The position numbers were made by a program, and so were the translations under genes. 64,000 nt of DNA from an uncultured Bdellovibrionales bacterium (lineage in GTDB: Bacteria; Patescibacteriota; Minisyncoccia; Moranbacterales; UBA1568): positions 163,529-227,528 of the forward strand of contig CAZTBI010000002.1 in NCBI GenBank assembly GCA_964612055.1, written 5' to 3'. The stretch's first letter is position 1; each line of letters opens with the position of its first letter. A model generated the notes under the pieces. It did not search any database. It saw only the letters and a list, made by a program, of their open reading frames with translations, and was not told the origin of the DNA. Shown here piece by piece: positions 18,678-27,739 of the stretch.

Positions 18678-20426
18678 ATGGTACTGCTTCTTTTGTTCGC
18701 GTTTCTTTCGGGTGTGGTGACAATTTTTGCGCCGTGCATTTGGCCGATCCTGCCGATCATTCTTTCATCGGGAGTTTCGGGTGGTGAAAAGAAACCGCTT
18801 GGTGTGGTGACGGGACTGATGGTGAGCTTTACTATTTTTACTCTGACGCTGTCGTACATTTTGAAAGTCGTGCCGATTGATCCGGACACGCTTCGTTTGT
18901 TTGCGGTGGCTATCATCAGTCTTTTGGGATTCACACTTGTCGTGCCAGCACTCGGTCGCCTGCTCGAAGGATGGGTCAGTCGTTTGAGTAACAGTGGCGG
19001 CAGTTTGTTTCAGAAGCGTGATGGTTTCAAAGGCGGGTTCATCACTGGCTTTGCGCTCGGTGTCGTGTGGTCGCCCTGCGCGGGGCCAATTTTGGCAACG
19101 GTAGCAACGCTCGCTGCGACACAGACACTCAATCTTTCGATCATCTTGGTGACGGTTTCCTTTGTGCTCGGCGTTGGGGTGCCGCTGTTTATTCTCGCTT
19201 TTTTAGGACAACATATTTTGACTCGCACCAGAGTGCTCTCTCCGTACACCGCACGCATCCAACAAGTCTTTGGTGTGATCATGATTGCTTCGGCGGTCGC
19301 CATCTATACCGGTTACGATCAGGTGTTGCAAATAAAGTTCGCAGAATTTTGTTCAGCCAATGGTATTACGTTCCTCGATCGTTTCCAAACCAACAGTACG
19401 GTGACGACAGCATTGGAAGAACTGCGCAGTACCGATGAAACGAAAAAGAATTTTGTTCCAGCAAAAAAGAAGAGCGGAGAGAGTTTGGAGAATTACGGGG
19501 TGGCGCCGGAGTTTGTCGGTATCATGAATTGGCTCAATGTTGATCAACCACTGAAACTTTCTGATCTGCGCGGTAAAGTCGTGTTGGTTGATTTCTGGAC
19601 CTACAGTTGTATCAACTGCATCCGGACGTTTCCTTATCTCACCAGTTGGTACGAGAAGTACAAAGATCAGGGGTTGGTGATTGTCGGTGTCCACACGCCC
19701 GAGTTTGAGTTTGAGAAAAAAACGAGTAACGTGGCTGATGCGCTCACGCGTCACGGTATCACCTATCCGGTGGCACAAGATAATAACTATGCGACCTGGC
19801 AGGCCTACAGCAATCGCTATTGGCCAGCGCATTACTTGATCGACGCTGAAGGCAATGTGCGGGAGTATCATTTTGGTGAAGGAAATTACGAAGAGACCGA
19901 ACGAGCGATCCAGGAACTCTTGCGGGAAGCCGGGCAGAATGTGAACGAAGAGGTCTCATCGCTTCAGGCAGAAACAGGGAGTCGAGGACAGACACCAGAA
20001 ACATACCTCGGGTCTGATCGTATGGAGCGCTTTGCTTCGCCAGAAAAAGTAACTGGCTTGAAGCAGGTATTTACGGCGCCAGAAAATCTCGCCCTCCACA
20101 ATTTTTCTTATAGCGGGGGATGGACAGTAGAAAGAGAACGAGCCATGGCCTCTTCACAGGCCAGTCTGAAAATTCATTTCAAGGGGAAGAAAGTTTTCTT
20201 GGTGATGGCGCCGGATGTTGCTTTAGCAAAACGGACAGTTACAGTGCGATTGGATGGTCAGGTTATCGATAGCGTCTTGGCCGGGAGCGATGTCCGTGAT
20301 GGGAGGGTGACGGTCGATGAAGACCGACTTTACGAATTGGTAAATTTCCAGGGCGGTGCCGAGGAGCATGTTTTGGAGCTCTTGTTCGAATCCGGAACAG
20401 CTGTCTATGCCTTCACTTTTTCGTGA
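18678..20426 (+). CDS. CcdA/DsbD-like transmembrane thiol:disulfide transporter fused to a TlpA/ResA-like thioredoxin and a C-terminal extracytoplasmic domain
   Basis: FAPCIWPILP and WSPCAGPILA (CcdA Cys pair); WTYSCINCIRT (CxxC thioredoxin); WPAHYLID. Confidence 0.7.
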   Translation: MVLLLLFAFLSGVVTIFAPCIWPILPIILSSGVSGGEKKPLGVVTGLMVSFTIFTLTLSYILKVVPIDPDTLRLFAVAIISLLGFTLVVPALGRLLEGWVSRLSNSGGSLFQKRDGFKGGFITGFALGVVWSPCAGPILATVATLAATQTLNLSIILVTVSFVLGVGVPLFILAFLGQHILTRTRVLSPYTARIQQVFGVIMIASAVAIYTGYDQVLQIKFAEFCSANGITFLDRFQTNSTVTTALEELRSTDETKKNFVPAKKKSGESLENYGVAPEFVGIMNWLNVDQPLKLSDLRGKVVLVDFWTYSCINCIRTFPYLTSWYEKYKDQGLVIVGVHTPEFEFEKKTSNVADALTRHGITYPVAQDNNYATWQAYSNRYWPAHYLIDAEGNVREYHFGEGNYEETERAIQELLREAGQNVNEEVSSLQAETGSRGQTPETYLGSDRMERFASPEKVTGLKQVFTAPENLALHNFSYSGGWTVERERAMASSQASLKIHFKGKKVFLVMAPDVALAKRTVTVRLDGQVIDSVLAGSDVRDGRVTVDEDRLYELVNFQGGAEEHVLELLFESGTAVYAFTFS

Positions 20427-20503
20427 GAAAGTGGTGTTTGTAGCGAGACTGGAAAAGAGGGTCTTTCTCCGGTATACTAAGATATATCCGTAATCCCTCT
20501 TCT

Positions 20504-21199
20504 ATGAAGAAACGTTATCTTTTCCCCGTCCTCCTTTTGGGGGCACTGACCCTTTCGGGGTGTACGACACCAGAACTTCGCCAAGAAAAAGCCGTCGATG
20601 ACAATCTCGATTTCAGTAACATGAAGCAGGCAGTGCCAGAGAGTGAACAAGTTGCGGAGCCGAAAGAGACTAAACCAGTAATCACCAAAAAAATGTATTC
20701 TTACCAACCAGTGGTATCAATCGATACGACGAAAAAATATACCGCTACCATGAAGACGAGTGCTGGGGAAATGGTTGTTGCCTTGAATGCCAAGGAGACG
20801 CCCATCACCGCCAACAACTTTATTTTTCTCGCTCGGGAGAAATTCTATGACAATACGATTTTCCACCGCACCATTCCTGGTTTCATGATCCAGGGTGGCG
20901 ATCCACAAGGGACGGGTATGGGTGGTCCTGGTTACAAATTTGATGACGAGCCATTTAGCGGAAAGTATGAACGTGGCACGATCGCCATGGCCAATTCCGG
21001 ACCAGATACCAACGGCAGCCAGTTCTTCATCATGCACAAAGACTACCCCTTGCCACCAAACTATGTGATTTTCGGAAAGGTGACGAGCGGTCTCGAAGTG
21101 GTCGACAAAATCGCCGAGGCACCAACGAAGCCTGGTGGCGAAGGCTCAAGTCCGGTTACTCCGGTCACTGTCACTTCTGTGACCATTACCGAAGAATAG
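20504..21199 (+). CDS. Cyclophilin-type peptidyl-prolyl cis-trans isomerase, lipoprotein
   Basis: Lipobox LTLSGC; FHRTIPGFMIQGGDPQGTGMGGPGY. Confidence 0.85.
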   Translation: MKKRYLFPVLLLGALTLSGCTTPELRQEKAVDDNLDFSNMKQAVPESEQVAEPKETKPVITKKMYSYQPVVSIDTTKKYTATMKTSAGEMVVALNAKETPITANNFIFLAREKFYDNTIFHRTIPGFMIQGGDPQGTGMGGPGYKFDDEPFSGKYERGTIAMANSGPDTNGSQFFIMHKDYPLPPNYVIFGKVTSGLEVVDKIAEAPTKPGGEGSSPVTPVTVTSVTITEE

Positions 21200-21218
21200 A
21201 TTTGAGATAAAGATTAAA

Positions 21219-21247
21219 GCCTCTCCAGATGGAGGGGCTTTTTTTGT
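21219..21247 (+). terminator. Intrinsic terminator after the PPIase gene (gcctctcc-agat-ggaggggc-T7)
   Basis: 8-bp stem with one G-U pair plus T-run. Confidence 0.55.
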
Positions 21248-21332
21248 ATGAAAAAGAAAAAACGGCTACTTCGAGGAAGTAGCCGCTTGGGCTTTGGTCT
21301 GGTTCGACCGAGGCTTAGAACTGGCGGTGAAG
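21243..21332. repeat. About 90-bp direct repeat, copy 1 (terminator module)
   Basis: About 98% identical to 22125-22214 (two 1-nt indels). Confidence 0.9.
21251..21285 (-). terminator. Minus-strand intrinsic terminator inside repeat copy 1 (cggctacttc/gaagtagccg + T-run)
   Basis: Perfect 10-bp stem; terminates the 68-aa and 142-aa membrane protein genes. Confidence 0.6.
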
Positions 21333-21337
21333 TTTCT

Positions 21338-21544
21338 TCACTTCCGGCTGGGCATGGGGGTGCTGTAGACGATGCCGATGCCGATGAAGAGAGGCAGGAG
21401 ACCGAACTTCATCACCCAATACGCAGAGTCCTTCCAAATCGGAGCAAATGTCATGACTGCATCAGCCGCGCCGATGAGTACTGCGCCAAGGACTGCAACA
21501 CACCCTCCCTGTAGCACTCGCTTTGTATCTTTGTCCATCTTCAT
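21338..21544 (-). CDS. Small membrane protein (68 aa, 2 TM), unknown function
   Basis: In-frame ATG with GGAG RBS (AAAGGAGTCAGCTATG); the ORF-track version (21338..21817) is over-extended into the upstream gene. Confidence 0.45.
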   Translation of the reverse strand: MKMDKDTKRVLQGGCVAVLGAVLIGAADAVMTFAPIWKDSAYWVMKFGLLPLFIGIGIVYSTPMPSRK

Positions 21545-21576
21545 AGCTGACTCCTTTCGAGTCGGTTGAGCTGGCT

Positions 21577-22005
21577 TTACTTTCCAGCGATGAGGTAGAT
21601 GCCGATACCGGCGAGGATGATGCCGGCAACTTGGCGGAAAGAGGGAAATGACCAGGCAATGACCGAACCGAGGAGTGTCGCGAACACCACCATCATGATG
21701 TTGATAGAGGCGACGAAGATCCAGCTCGGGATGGTCGGATCGACCGACTTGGCGCCGTAGTAGTAGACGGCGATCCCGTTCACGATCCCGACAACCATCA
21801 TGATGCCGAAGTGCCACGAATGGAAGAGCGGGCTTTTCACCATGTCATTCCAGCCAATGGCCAGGTTGCCGATCAGTGTGCCGATGAGAACGAGGATAGT
21901 CACCCACGCTGCCGGCGTACCAGAAATCTTGGCCAGAAGCGGCCAGATCACCATACCAAAGGCAATCAGGGCCGCTGAATACAGATAAGAGGGGATTGTG
22001 CTCAC
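21577..22005 (-). CDS. Membrane protein (142 aa, 4-5 TM), small DMT/EamA-like or unknown
   Basis: GTG start with GGAGG RBS 5 nt upstream; hydrophobic with GxxxG motifs; GC-rich. Confidence 0.5.
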   Translation of the reverse strand: MSTIPSYLYSAALIAFGMVIWPLLAKISGTPAAWVTILVLIGTLIGNLAIGWNDMVKSPLFHSWHFGIMMVVGIVNGIAVYYYGAKSVDPTIPSWIFVASINIMMVVFATLLGSVIAWSFPSFRQVAGIILAGIGIYLIAGK

Positions 22006-22061
22006 GATTTCCTCCGAGAAGGACGAGTTGTTAAGGAGAGTTCATAGAATATGAACCTAAC

Positions 22062-22090
22062 ATGATAGCATATTTTTTATAAAAAGTCAA
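22062..22090 (-). promoter_or_regulatory. Sigma70-like promoter TTGACT-N17-TATCAT for the 142-aa/68-aa gene pair
   Basis: Read on the minus strand; 17-bp spacer. Confidence 0.45.
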
Positions 22091-22124
22091 TAGGTGGTAG
22101 AGAGAGTACTCTTAGTAATGGTTG

Positions 22125-22214
22125 TTTGTATGAAAAAGAAAAAACGGCTACTTCGAGGAAGTAGCCGCTTGGCTTTGGTCTGGTTCGACCGAGGCTTAGA
22201 ACTGGCGGTTGAAG
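22125..22214. repeat. About 90-bp direct repeat, copy 2 (last codons plus terminator of the 275-aa secreted protein gene)
   Basis: About 98% identical to 21243-21332. Confidence 0.9.
22133..22167 (-). terminator. Minus-strand intrinsic terminator inside repeat copy 2
   Basis: Same 10-bp stem hairpin plus T-run as copy 1. Confidence 0.6.
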
Positions 22215-22972
22215 AGGAGTCTGTCAGCCACTGACTGTCCCATGACGGCGATGTTGCCGGGCACGAGGTAGTAGTTGGTGGCCGAGCAGCTAGCCGATGC
22301 GCCCTGGCCCGGCGTGTTGACCAGGTGAACCCGGAAGCCAGCGCTGTTCTGGTCGGTCTTCGGGACGTTGATCCCGCAGGAGAACCCTTCAGCGTGGCAG
22401 GAGACGACGGTGCCGTCGGCATTGGTCGGGGGACCGTTGGGGATGCCGCGTTGGTCGACCCTGACATCCGTCTTGCCACCAGAGACCACGAGGCCTGAGA
22501 GCCACTTGGTGCCGGAGACAAAGGGTTCCCAGGAGCCGTCGAGGAAATCCTCGGGCTTGGGAGCCTGGACCGGGCCGCCGACTGCGTAGCGGTACCGGAG
22601 GGTGCTGTAGCCGACGTAGAAGTCCGCGCCGTTCTTGAAAGCCGGCGAGACGTTCAGGTCGTAAGCGCGCCACTGCAGCAACGGTGCGATGGAGCTGAAG
22701 CCCCAGACATCGTTCTTCCCTTGACCCACGTAGAGAAGGTGAGTGGGACTTTGGTTGCCCTGGCCGACACCGCGCAGCGACATCTGAACTGGCTGGTTCG
22801 GTTCGCCATCGAGACGGAGCTCGGCGGAAACCTGGCCATACAGGAAGACAACGCGGTCGGCGACGGGTGGGGCGGTGATGCCGTTCACGCAGTCGACTGC
22901 CGGGTATTGTGCCCAAGCCTGGGCAGCAGAAACGGCGACGACGATCGTGATGATGGAATGCTTGATTGCCAT
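22196..22972 (-). CDS. GC-rich secreted protein, unknown function (signal peptide MAIKHSIITIVVAVSAAQAWAQ)
   Basis: Start trimmed to the ATG at 22972 behind a strong GAAGGAGGGG RBS; third positions strongly G/C-biased; several Cys. Confidence 0.6.
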   Translation of the reverse strand: MAIKHSIITIVVAVSAAQAWAQYPAVDCVNGITAPPVADRVVFLYGQVSAELRLDGEPNQPVQMSLRGVGQGNQSPTHLLYVGQGKNDVWGFSSIAPLLQWRAYDLNVSPAFKNGADFYVGYSTLRYRYAVGGPVQAPKPEDFLDGSWEPFVSGTKWLSGLVVSGGKTDVRVDQRGIPNGPPTNADGTVVSCHAEGFSCGINVPKTDQNSAGFRVHLVNTPGQGASASCSATNYYLVPGNIAVMGQSVADRLLFNRQF

Positions 22973-23067
22973 GGTGCGGCCCCTCCTTCGAGGCCTAATT
23001 TTGAAGTTGCTGGGTTGCGTCATTCCCTCTCGGGAATGGATTTCCCAGTACCGGAGGATGACATGAA

Positions 23068-23096
23068 ATACTAACAGGAAATACCATTCCTGTCAA
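23068..23096 (-). promoter_or_regulatory. Consensus sigma70 promoter TTGACA-N17-TAGTAT for the secreted protein gene
   Basis: Read on the minus strand; followed by an about 95-nt leader containing hairpin ccattccc-gaga-gggaatgg. Confidence 0.55.
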
Positions 23097-23102
23097 GAGG
23101 CA

Positions 23103-26100
23103 TTATGCCTGTACGGGCTGCTCTTTCTCGGCAAACCAGATACGATAGATCACGGGGATAAAGAAGAGTTTGGCGACACCAGAGAAGGTAAGACCAGCGA
23201 TGATAGCGCCACCGAGTCCCTGCCAGATTGGGTCAGAGAGAGTGATCGGAATGAGACCAACGATGGTGGTGAGGGCGGTCAGGAGAATTGGTTCGAGACG
23301 GCTGGCGGCGCCTTCGCTAATGGCTTGCGAGAGCGGAAGGCCACTATCCATGTTGCGGTTGATCTTGTCGACCATGATGATCGAGTTGTTGACCACGATA
23401 CCGAAGAGAGCGAGGATACCGATCAGAGCTGGGAAGGAGAGAGGGATACCAACAAGTGAAAACATGATGAATACACCCGAGACCGCGAGCGGTACTACCA
23501 TGAGGACGATGAGTGCTTTGCGGAAAGAGTTGAACTGGATAGCCATGGTACCAAAGATGAGAATGGCCGAGAGGAGCATGGCTTTTAGGATCGATTGCAC
23601 CGACTTATTGTTTTCATCATTCACGCCACCTGTCTTCCAGCTGTAGCCCTGCGAGAGTCCGAGGGTATCGGCAAATTTTTCGAGATCGGCATTTACGGTA
23701 CTGATAGAGTAGCCGTCATTGACTCCGGCTGAAACAGAAAGAGTGCGCTTACCATCTTCGCGAGTGATGAGGGTCGGGTTTGGTTCGAGCGTCATTTCGC
23801 CTAAGGCTGAGAGCGGCAGGGTGCTCCCTGAGACAGGAATCGAGATGAGGCCGAGAGTCTCTGGGTGTTCGAGATCAGTAGTATCGCCAAAGCGGAGCAC
23901 GATGTCGAATGTACTGTCTTTCAAATGAGCATCGCTCTTGATGGTGAAGCCACTGCCTAAGGTGCGGAGAAGAAAAGCAGTGTCGTTTTCGCTCAAGCCT
24001 TGTTCGGCGAGTTTTTCTTGGTACGGGGTGAAGACGAGCTTGCTCGCACCGCTCACGATAGACGTAGAAACATTATCCACACCAGGTTGGGTATTCAGAT
24101 ATTCACTCACCTTTTTTCCGTAGTCTTGGAGTTTTGAAAGATCATCACCCAAGAGCTTGAGTTCGATGTCGCTCCCCGCTGGTGGACCACCAGAGAGTTG
24201 GCTCGCCGAAAACTCCCCCTTGTTGTAACTCCCAAATTTGTTGTTCAAATCAGAAACAATTTCCCCAGAGGAATGGGCGCGTTCTTTGGCTGGCGTCATG
24301 ATGAGCGTAAAGAGGAGATGATTCCAGTCTTTGCCGGTGACGAAGTTGTCTGTCGGAGGAGCAGCGCCAATTTCTGCCACCACGAAACGGGCTTCTTCAT
24401 AGCTTCGCAATTGTTCGAGAAGGGAGAGGGCTTCAGTCGTACTCTCGCTGATCGTTGTGTTCTTCGGGAGTTCGACACTGACGAAGATGGTGTCTTGGTT
24501 GTCTTCGGGGAAGAATTCATTGACCACGTACCCGAGCGGGACGAGAGCATACGAGAAGAGGGAAAAGATAATGAGAGCCGTGATCGTTTTGCGACGCGCG
24601 CTTTTGGAATCGAGGATGCCCGCGATGAAGCGCTCGTAGCGATGAGCCAGAGGATCGAAGTTGAAGAGTCCGTCACCAGAGAGTTCGTGAAACTTGCGGA
24701 AGAATTTGGCGAAGTGCGAAGCCTCGTACTCATGAATTTCACTGCGGAGGTACTTAGAAACTTTTGCGATCACCATGAGAATGATGAGGGCAGCAACGAA
24801 CAGTGGTAACTTCACTGGGCCAGCAGGAATGAGAATATAGAGCAATCCGGCACCACCTAAGAAGAGTAGGGTGTAGGTCAAAATGATGACACGACGTGGG
24901 AATGATCCTTTGAGGAGGAGCGCCATGAGCGGGATAACGATGAGAAGAGCGATGGCAGCAGAAATAGCGAGGGATGACGAAACCACGATCGGAATTGGTT
25001 TGATGAATTCGCCGATGATACCGGAAGCGAGAAGGAGCGGCAAAAAGGCCCAGACCGTAGTAATAGTCGTGGTGAAAATGACGGCTCGGAAGTCACGCCA
25101 TACGAGGAGAGCGACTTCATCAGGAGTGAACTTTCCTGTGCGCTCGTAGCTTGCCATGGCCGAGATGATGACGATAGCGTTGTCGACCAAGATACCGAGA
25201 GCCAAGAGAAGTGAGAAAAGGGCGATGAAGTTGATGGAGATGCCCGAAGCACTCATGACGAGGAAGGTACCCAAGAAAGTGAGGGGAATAGCGAGGGCGG
25301 CGATGACTGATTGGCGCAAACCGAAGAAGGTAAAGAGCACCACGAAGACGAGAAAAATAGTGAGTGCAAAGTCATGGAAGAGTTGATCGAAACTTTTTTT
25401 GATTTCTTTGGCGCCATCAAAAACTGGTTCGAAGACAAAGGCTTCGCCGTAGTGGCCACGGAGCGTCTCGGCAGTACTCAAGATACTGCTGACCGTTTCT
25501 GTAGCATCAGCGCTATCAGTTTTGAAAACAGAAAAGACGATACCGCGTACTGGGGCAGTATCTTGATCAGCGTAGAAACTTTCTGGAGCGTTCCGTTTTG
25601 GTTCTTCGCGAATAGTTGCGACTTCACCCAAGGAAACGGTGTTTTGTCCGAGTACCAAGGGAAGGTGACGGAGCTCTTCTACTGAGTCAGCGACGGTGGC
25701 CTGTGTGAGAGCAAAAGAAGTTTGTTCAGTGCTGACGTTCCCAGCAGGATGGCTGGTGATGGCGGTCTCTATACTTTGAGCTACTGCAAAGGGACGGATT
25801 CCTTTTTCGGTCAGAAGCTCTGGTTTCAATATGATACTAATCTCCTCTTCTTTTCGATACGAAATGTTGACCTTTTCTACACCGGGCAGGTCCTTCAACC
25901 GTTCTTCGAGAGTATCAGCAAAACGACCGAGCGTCGCTCCGTCGACTTCTCCGGAGAGGACAAAGTTTAAGACAGGCTGATCCTGGAAATCGAGCACCTG
26001 GACCTTGGGAGTCTCGGCATCTTCCGGGAGATCACTGACGCCATCTAAGGCGCTTTGGACATCGCGCTTGGCTTTTTCTGGGTCAGTACCAGAACCGAAT

Positions 26101-26435
26101 TCAATATTTAAGGTAGAGATATTTTCCTGAGAAACGGAAGAAACTTTTTCGACACCAGAAAGTCCGGTGACAGCATCTTCGAGAGGGACAGTCACGAGCT
26201 TCTCGACATCTTCTGGGCCGGCACCGGGAAAGGGTGTCGCGACAAAGACGATCGGAATCTGGATATTGGGATTGAGTTCTCGAGGCAGCGTGAAAAAAGT
26301 CGCGAGCCCAGCTCCGGTCAAGGTCAATACAATAAGGACGATAGTACGAACGTTCTTGAAGTAGGAGGCGATGAACGTTTCTTTGAGACTCGGATCAAAT
26401 GTCAGTCGATCGAGGAAAGAGGATTCTTTTTGCAT
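23103..26435 (-). CDS. RND-superfamily efflux transporter permease (AcrB-like, 12 TM + two large loops)
   Basis: 1110 aa; N-terminus typical of AcrB/HAE (LDRLTF...FIASYF, TM1, long periplasmic loop). Confidence 0.85.
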   Translation of the reverse strand: MQKESSFLDRLTFDPSLKETFIASYFKNVRTIVLIVLTLTGAGLATFFTLPRELNPNIQIPIVFVATPFPGAGPEDVEKLVTVPLEDAVTGLSGVEKVSSVSQENISTLNIEFGSGTDPEKAKRDVQSALDGVSDLPEDAETPKVQVLDFQDQPVLNFVLSGEVDGATLGRFADTLEERLKDLPGVEKVNISYRKEEEISIILKPELLTEKGIRPFAVAQSIETAITSHPAGNVSTEQTSFALTQATVADSVEELRHLPLVLGQNTVSLGEVATIREEPKRNAPESFYADQDTAPVRGIVFSVFKTDSADATETVSSILSTAETLRGHYGEAFVFEPVFDGAKEIKKSFDQLFHDFALTIFLVFVVLFTFFGLRQSVIAALAIPLTFLGTFLVMSASGISINFIALFSLLLALGILVDNAIVIISAMASYERTGKFTPDEVALLVWRDFRAVIFTTTITTVWAFLPLLLASGIIGEFIKPIPIVVSSSLAISAAIALLIVIPLMALLLKGSFPRRVIILTYTLLFLGGAGLLYILIPAGPVKLPLFVAALIILMVIAKVSKYLRSEIHEYEASHFAKFFRKFHELSGDGLFNFDPLAHRYERFIAGILDSKSARRKTITALIIFSLFSYALVPLGYVVNEFFPEDNQDTIFVSVELPKNTTISESTTEALSLLEQLRSYEEARFVVAEIGAAPPTDNFVTGKDWNHLLFTLIMTPAKERAHSSGEIVSDLNNKFGSYNKGEFSASQLSGGPPAGSDIELKLLGDDLSKLQDYGKKVSEYLNTQPGVDNVSTSIVSGASKLVFTPYQEKLAEQGLSENDTAFLLRTLGSGFTIKSDAHLKDSTFDIVLRFGDTTDLEHPETLGLISIPVSGSTLPLSALGEMTLEPNPTLITREDGKRTLSVSAGVNDGYSISTVNADLEKFADTLGLSQGYSWKTGGVNDENNKSVQSILKAMLLSAILIFGTMAIQFNSFRKALIVLMVVPLAVSGVFIMFSLVGIPLSFPALIGILALFGIVVNNSIIMVDKINRNMDSGLPLSQAISEGAASRLEPILLTALTTIVGLIPITLSDPIWQGLGGAIIAGLTFSGVAKLFFIPVIYRIWFAEKEQPVQA

Positions 26436-26447
26436 ATCAAGCAGGGA

Positions 26448-27599
26448 TTATTTGACCAAAGTAACGTCGTCGCCCGAGAGAATGGCACGACTCAAGATAA
26501 TACGATCACCAGTCGTGAGACCGGAACGTATTTCGGCAAAACTGCCGTAGAGATTGCCGAGAGTGACGGCCACTGAAACGGCTTTTCCGTCGCGTTCGAC
26601 GAGTACCCAGGCATCCTTGTCATCTTGGAATATGGCATCGATCGGAACGAGCGCGAGTGCTTCAGCATCTTTCTCTAGGGGAAGAGCGATCTTCAGGAAT
26701 TCACCATTGGTGATTTTGTTCTCGAGATCTTGGGAGAGAGTAAAGAGTACGGAGAAAAGTCCGTTCTCATTTTCACTTTGAGCAAAGTAGGTTGGACGGA
26801 GCATGATGACTTCGTCGCCAATCTGAAGCTTCGCTTCTTTGGTGGCATCGAATATACGAGCCGTTTTGGGATCGAGGAAAGTCTCGATGGTGGTAGCACC
26901 ACGAGTAGCACGAATCGTGGCGATGACTTGGCCAGCCGAGACGAGGTCACCACGTTTGACGGTGATACTTTGAACAATACCGGAAGCGAAAGTTTTTGGC
27001 TTGAGAACAGCGTCGCTCACTGTACTCATTTGAAGTGAGAGCGCGTTTTGTTCGAGAGTGCTTCTTCGTGTCGCACGATCTTTCTTGAGTTCACCTAAGG
27101 CGATATCTTGTTCGGTATCAGTGATACTGGAATCATGGCGCGTTTTTTTCTCTTCCAGCGCAAAAATATCCTTGTCGATGGCGGCAAGCTCCGCGGTCAG
27201 TCGGGCTGATTCCTCAGCCAGTCTTTTCCCGAGTTCGGTGCTGCCACCTTGGTAATCATTGGTGAGAGTGATGAGGGTTTGCCCAGAAACAACGTTGCGT
27301 CCTGGAGAGGTGAGGATGTTGGAAACAACACCTGGTACGAGAGCGACGATGTGAACCACGCCCTCTTTCTTTACTTTGGCAGGAACGGCGATGAAAGCAG
27401 TATCTTCTGTGGTATCAAATACAGAAGTTTCTTTGGTCTCAACAGCGGCATTTTGATTGGTTTCATCTGGAGTGCGGAGGAAATGACCCAAGGCAATCAC
27501 TCCGAAAAGGAGGACGAGCAGCCCAAAAAAGCTCGTGGCAGGATACTTCCCGAGGGCCTCAATAGATTTGGAAAACAGGCTCTTGAATCGCTCTAACAT
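26448..27599 (-). CDS. Efflux RND transporter periplasmic adaptor subunit (membrane fusion protein)
   Basis: N-terminal TM, coiled-coil region, beta-barrel/lipoyl-like segments; lies directly upstream of the RND permease. Confidence 0.75.
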   Translation of the reverse strand: MLERFKSLFSKSIEALGKYPATSFFGLLVLLFGVIALGHFLRTPDETNQNAAVETKETSVFDTTEDTAFIAVPAKVKKEGVVHIVALVPGVVSNILTSPGRNVVSGQTLITLTNDYQGGSTELGKRLAEESARLTAELAAIDKDIFALEEKKTRHDSSITDTEQDIALGELKKDRATRRSTLEQNALSLQMSTVSDAVLKPKTFASGIVQSITVKRGDLVSAGQVIATIRATRGATTIETFLDPKTARIFDATKEAKLQIGDEVIMLRPTYFAQSENENGLFSVLFTLSQDLENKITNGEFLKIALPLEKDAEALALVPIDAIFQDDKDAWVLVERDGKAVSVAVTLGNLYGSFAEIRSGLTTGDRIILSRAILSGDDVTLVK

Positions 27600-27739
27600 A
27601 GGGAAAATGAGATAATATTGAATGTTTGATTCTAGCAGAAAGAAGCCCCCTTGTCAATCAAGATTTTCCCTTTGAACAAGGAAGTTCTGCCACTGAAATG
27701 ATAAAAAAACGTGTTACAATAGAGTGAGTAAAAGAGCGT

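Noticed and set aside
21248-21514. 88-aa plus-strand ORF starting with MKKKKRLLRGSS (and a twin at 22132)
   Set aside because: It begins inside the repeated terminator hairpin and runs antisense to the 68-aa membrane protein gene, so it is an artefact of the repeat.
22087-23074. Several long overlapping ORFs in alternative frames (22087-22521, 22389-22916, 22721-23074 and others)
   Set aside because: High GC suppresses stop codons. Only the 22196-22972 frame has a signal peptide, a strong RBS and a consensus promoter.
23170-26364. Plus-strand ORFs inside the RND permease gene (e.g. 24198-24809)
   Set aside because: They are antisense to a well-supported 1110-aa AcrB-like gene and have no motifs.
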